From assembly GCF_006345805.1 (NCBI RefSeq), contig NW_021826434.1, positions 1 through 13,072 of the forward strand: DNA of 13,072 bases, written 5' to 3'. This DNA comes from Octopus sinensis. Lineage: Eukaryota. Under the pieces are notes generated by a model. The model saw nothing but the letters and a program-made list of their open reading frames with translations. It made no database searches and was not told the origin of the DNA. Shown here one piece after another: positions 9,213 through 13,072 of this stretch. How positions within the stretch are numbered: the stretch's first letter is position 1; the number at the start of each line of letters is the position of its first letter. The position numbers and the translations under genes are program-made.

Positions 9213-9235
9213 TATATATATATAAATACATATAA
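9010..9235. repeat. Long compound (TA)n tract. Similar TA/TG/CA/TACA tracts occur at ~2085-2153, 2658-2716, 2993-3230, 3390-3600, 4195-4310, 6540-6657, 7165-7263, 8547-8672, 11445-11560, 11625-11658, 12511-12546 and 12670-12860
   Basis: Seen directly; boundaries are approximate. Confidence 0.97.
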
Positions 9236-9474
9236 TACTAATTGCTAGCAAGAGACTATTTTGTCTTGCAAGCTTAATATACTACTAAGTATATTAAAGT
9301 TTCAAAAGTCAATATTGTGTGTTATTTTGTTCTAGCAGTGTGCTATTCTTGCTTTTACGTTTATCTCTATATGTTTTCCATAGTTCCATAGAATTCAGAA
9401 TCAGCACTGCAAGTTACGACGTTTCGTATACGAATACACCCATGTAAATAGCGTGATCGAAGATAAAAAAGAAA

Positions 9475-10368
9475 ACAGAGGATACCCACAAGGGACCAGA
9501 GTTTTGCAATATTGTTTTATTCACTTAATTTGACATGTTTACACTTGTATTTCTTTCAAAGTATTCTCTCCATTTGAAGCAATGCATCGGTCCAGGCGTA
9601 TTTTTCACTGTTCGAAGCAATGCTGGAACTCTTGCGAAATGATGCCTTTTAAAGCCTCCGACTATTTTTTTTTTCTTGACCTCTTCCACATCTGCAAATT
9701 CCTCCGCGCCAAATATCGTCATCAGTGATGACCTGCGAGGAAAGGTCCGGATCAACTTCCAACACTTCTTCCAACATGCATTCAATCGTGACTGCTTTTG
9801 ATCTTCCATGAGCAAGCGAGGCACGAAATTTGCTGCATCTCTTTTCTTTCACAATACCTCGCTCAAAAGTCTTTGGCATGAACTCCAGGAGACATTATTC
9901 GCATCAATAAGTTTGTCGATTCTTTGGTGACGGTCCTTCAAGATCAGTTCATGAATTTTGCTTATGTTTTCGTTCGTTCGGGAGATCGACAGTTATCCTG
10001 AACGAGATTGGTCTTCAAGCGACAAGTGACCGTTCCTAGAGCGTGAAAACCTCTCGTAAACTTGTGTTTTGCTTGTAAGCTGTCTGAAGCTTAGCAACTG
10101 TTTCGGCTACCGTTTTCCCCAGCAAAAAAACAGAATTTCATAGAAGTACGCTGTTCTTTCGTTTCAGTCAACGCAAAAATCGACGAACACGGGAGAAGCA
10201 CTGCAAAACAAAGACGCACCACGTGGCAGTACGACCTCAGACGACGACGCTAGTCGGTTGAATTATGGTTGAGGGGTCGCATCTAGAGGCTTCTAGCGGT
10301 TGAAGCTTGAACTACAATGGGGTCGTCCTGCAAAGAATGTTTCCGGTTACTTTTCGGTACCCCCCGCA
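9475..10368 (-). mobile_element. Mariner transposon 1, decayed and internally deleted
   Basis: 5' TIR at 10341-10368 (minus strand GGGGGGTACCGAAAAGTAACCGGAA) followed by TA at 10369-10370. Degenerate partner TIR at 9478-9500 (16/23 match). Transposase remnant at 9545-10171. Confidence 0.88.
9545..10171 (-). pseudogene. Mariner transposase pseudogene lacking most of the catalytic domain
   Basis: Across frameshifts and stops: (L)TETKEQRTSMKFCFLLGKTVAETVAKLQTAY / SKTQVYERFSRSRNGHLSLEDQSRSG*...HELILKDRHQRIDKL...FVPRLLMEDQKQSRLNAC / EVDPDLSSQVITDDDIW, joined at ~9708 to FADVEEVKKK...EYFE. FVPRLL corresponds to the mariner WVPxEL motif. The YSPDLAPxD region is absent. Confidence 0.88.
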
Positions 10369-10389
10369 TATGCGTAGGACGTTCTCGTC

Positions 10390-10731
10390 GTGCTCTACAG
10401 ATCTTCCAGAACGACGCTCATTTCTGGAACCAACGTTGACACTGTCCGATCCTCTGCATTAATATTCTTCGTACTTTCCCTTGCGTCCTCACCTTTATTG
10501 AACTCACAAAGCAAAATATGCCGAATATACTCCTTTGTCACTTCCAGTATAGCTTTGAAAAAATAACTGTTAAAATCGAACTGCACTCTTCAAAACTTGC
10601 ACTAAGAATAAGTACAAGGTAAAATTACTATCTACTTTTATAGCAAGTTGATGCAGGTAGTTTATCCCGTCCCCCTCTGAATTTTAGTTCATGCAATTGA
10701 AAAACCGCATTAATTATGGGTTGGTCCAATA
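10390..10731 (-). mobile_element. Mariner transposon 2, 5' fragment (TIR, 5' UTR and N-terminal HTH)
   Basis: The remnant EVTKEYIRHILLCEFNKGEDARESTKNINA matches the mariner N-terminal pattern RHILLYEFxKG. TIR at 10701-10731 contains TAATGCGGTTTT on the minus strand, like the Hsmar1/MADE1-type TIR. Confidence 0.8.
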
Positions 10732-10735
10732 TATA

Positions 10736-10924
10736 CGATGGGCTTCTTTCAGTTTCCGTCTACCAAATCCATTCACACGGCTTTGGTCGGTCTAAGGCTA
10801 TAGTAGAAGACATTTGCTCAAGGTGCTACGCAGTGGGTCTTAACCCGGAACAATGTGATTGGGAAGCAAGCTAATTATCACAGAGCCACGTCTGCGCCTA
10901 TCCACGCAGCCACGCCTGCGCCTA
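10736..10924 (-). mobile_element. SINE family A, 5' half (tRNA head plus core), with a duplicated 5' end
   Basis: Homologous to 800-913. Minus-strand A box TGGCTGCGTGG/TGGCTCTGTGA occurs twice. Degenerate B box GGGTTAAGACCC. Confidence 0.85.
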
Positions 10925-11038
10925 GGCAAATGGGTTTAGTGCTCTTGAAGAATATTAAATTGCATAAGTAGCAGAAAGTTAAGACTGTGGTACACGATCA
11001 TACCGCTATTCCAGATGTGAATTTCTTTGGTAGAATGT

Positions 11039-11241
11039 GGAGAGCTGGGAGAATCGTTAGCAGCCGAATAAAATGTTTATCGGCATTTCGTCTTCACTTT
11101 CTGCGTTCAAATTGCGCTGAGGTCGATAAAATACTTTCGAAGTTAATAAAATAAATACCATTCGAACACTGGGGTCGATGTAATCGACCTACTTCATTCC
11201 TTAAAATTGCTGGCCTTGTGTCAAAATTTGAAATCAATATT
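11039..11241 (+). mobile_element. SINE family B, diverged copy
   Basis: Collinear with 1181-1371 (GAATCGTTAGCA...GCGTTCAAATTGCGCTGAGGTCGA...ACTGGGGTCGATGTAATCGAC...GGCCTTGTG), with a partial deletion of the central domain. Confidence 0.7.
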
Positions 11242-11448
11242 TCATTGTAAGCTTTGAAGGATATCAATAATTTTTGCAGGATGAAGTATTTCCTGAACCT
11301 GACGGATAAAAGTAAGACAGTAGAAGGGGTACTATCCTAGCTGTCTCATGATCTATCCTAACTGGAAGCTGCGTATGGGTTAAGAGGGAGAGGTTAAGCA
11401 CTCGTGCTTCATACTTTTTTGTTCTACACGTTCTGTCCCCACATATGC

Positions 11449-11479
<31 letters not shown>

Positions 11480-11658
11480 ATATATTATATATATATACAT
11501 AGAGATGTAAGTACATATACGTATGTATATGCATGTATGTATATATTATATATATACATTATTTAAATATTTATGATTGAATACCACGCATCCTCTTCCA
11601 AGTAAGTTTTATCTTACTTGGATAATATATATAATATATATATACATATATATATATA

Positions 11659-12318
11659 TTGATGTATTTGGGATGGTCATGTTTCTAGTTTAACCAATGA
11701 AAGCACACGCATATATACTTGGAGATCATATGCTTCAGCTTTATTTTATATTAATTGTATTTCGGCCAGAGATTTTTCGTCACACTTCTGTGACCTCATC
11801 AGCGGTCCTTTGCTTTTTCCCTTCTTTTTTTGTATCTCCCCTTACTAACAAACTGCCATTTTATATTCCTGTTAAATGTGTCTTTATTTGCGCATGCGTA
11901 TATGCCTGTGTGTGTCTTTATTTGTGCATGCGCACATCTCTGTATGTGTCTATGTTTAGTAAGTGTGTGTGTGGGATGTGTATGGTATCTGCATTATCAG
12001 TATCCCCTGTTTATTCACGATCGTTTAATTTGCTTTTATTTATTTTATTCATTCTTTTTTATCTACTTATTTTACATTTCTTTATTTTTTTGTATTAATT
12101 TCATTAATATATTTTATTTTGTTTATGTTTATAATTATTTCATTCCATTTATTTACTTGTGTATTGTAATAGTTTCATATTATTAGTTTATGGGGATCCT
12201 ATTCTGCCATAGGTTGTGATGCGTTCGGTTTGTGTGCTAGTGTTCCATTCTAGTTTGCTATTTAGGCTAGGTTTATCTTCTATTATGTATGTAGCTTTTG
12301 TAATTTGTCTAAGCGTTG
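11659..12318 (-). mobile_element. Penelope-like element copy 2: GIY-YIG C-terminal tail plus 3' pLTR
   Basis: Collinear with 4574-5240. The tail translates as RQITKATYIIEDKPSLNSKLEWNTSTQTERITTYGRIGSP* (ending at 12188). Hammerhead at 11764-11807. Confidence 0.88.
11764..11807 (-). ncRNA. Hammerhead motif (family 3), core intact
   Basis: Minus strand reads GACCG-CTGATGA-G-GTCACA-GAAG-TGTGAC-GAAA-AATCTC-TGGCC. Stem II is a perfect 6 bp; stem I has one mismatch; stem III is weakened. Confidence 0.7.
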
Positions 12319-12510
12319 GCAGGTCGTTAGTAAGGTGACATACAAAAAAAAGAAAGCAAGGGGCTACTGATGAGGTCACAGAAGGGTAACGAAAGAACTC
12401 TGGCCGAAATAGCACAATTAATATAAAATAAAGCTGGAGCAAATGAACACCAAATATATATTGCGTATGTTTTTGTTGGCTAAACTGACAACATGACCAT
12501 CCCCAAATAC

Positions 12511-12512
<2 letters not shown>
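12317..12512 (+). mobile_element. Inverted duplicate of the PLE terminal ~195 bp (inverted pLTR)
   Basis: Reverse-complement homolog of 11662-11858 (roughly 80% identity by eye). 2-bp TG microhomology at the junction (12317-12318). Ends in (TA)n. Confidence 0.88.
12362..12405 (+). ncRNA. Hammerhead motif (family 3), core intact, stem II decayed
   Basis: GGCTA-CTGATGA-G-GTCACA-GAAG-GGTAAC-GAAA-GAACTC-TGGCC. Stem I is 5 bp with one G-U pair. Confidence 0.65.
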
Positions 12513-12546
<34 letters not shown>

Positions 12547-12668
12547 AATTCAAATGAGCATTCAATTCAAATAAACAAATAAAATTAATGGACAAGTCGG
12601 AAGAGAAGCAGATAGAGAAAAGTCCCAATAAAGAAAGAATCGCCAACACCACGTCTGTAGTTACATTG

Positions 12669-12717
<49 letters not shown>

Positions 12718-12881
12718 ATATGTATGTATGTATGTATAAATGTATATATATTATAATATATATACATTTATACATACATATATATATTATATATATATAG
12801 ATATATACATTAATACATATATATAGATATTATAGATATATATATAGATATATATCTATATATTACGAAAAGAAAGAAAGA

Positions 12882-12899
12882 AGATAAATAGATAGGTAG

Positions 12900-12976
<77 letters not shown>

Positions 12977-12987
12977 TGATTGATAGA
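12882..12987. repeat. (GATA)n tetranucleotide microsatellite
   Basis: Seen directly; pure from about 12901 to 12975. Confidence 0.98.
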
Positions 12988-13072
12988 TATTATATATTAG
13001 TAAGAGGCAATCTAAACACTTGGGACTATATAGCGTCATGTATTACATATTCCTACTAAATTTAGTTTCATT

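Noticed and set aside
12188-12800. 195-aa and 70-aa ORFs
   Set aside because: Chimeras of microsatellite, inverted pLTR and the PLE tail; only the last ~40 aa of the 195-aa ORF are real (PLE) coding remnants.

Overview
No host gene is supported. The window is AT-rich, microsatellite-saturated intergenic or intronic DNA made almost entirely of nested mobile elements. The SINE families and simple-repeat density look like an octopus (coleoid cephalopod) genome; this is recognition from memory, not a database result. Contents: (i) seven tRNA-derived SINE copies or fragments from three families; (ii) a decayed Penelope-like element (PLE; RT C-terminus plus GIY-YIG endonuclease) at ~4490-5775 (-), and a second truncated copy with an inverted terminal duplication at 11659-12512; (iii) two decayed mariner transposons (9475-10368, 10390-10731); (iv) several MITEs (hAT-type, Tc1/mariner-type, unclassified); (v) many (TA)n, (TG)n, (TACA)n, (ATT)n and (GATA)n tracts. 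Two things stand out. First, there are five minimal type I hammerhead-ribozyme motifs from three unrelated families, including one with a compensatory U3-A8 core pair and one family with an extra G after A9. Second, fold-back (inverted-repeat) elements recur, anchored in (TA)n tracts, including a perfect 80-bp inverted repeat. Nearly all ORFs in the supplied track are microsatellite or transposon artefacts. Coordinates, pairings and identities were read by eye.
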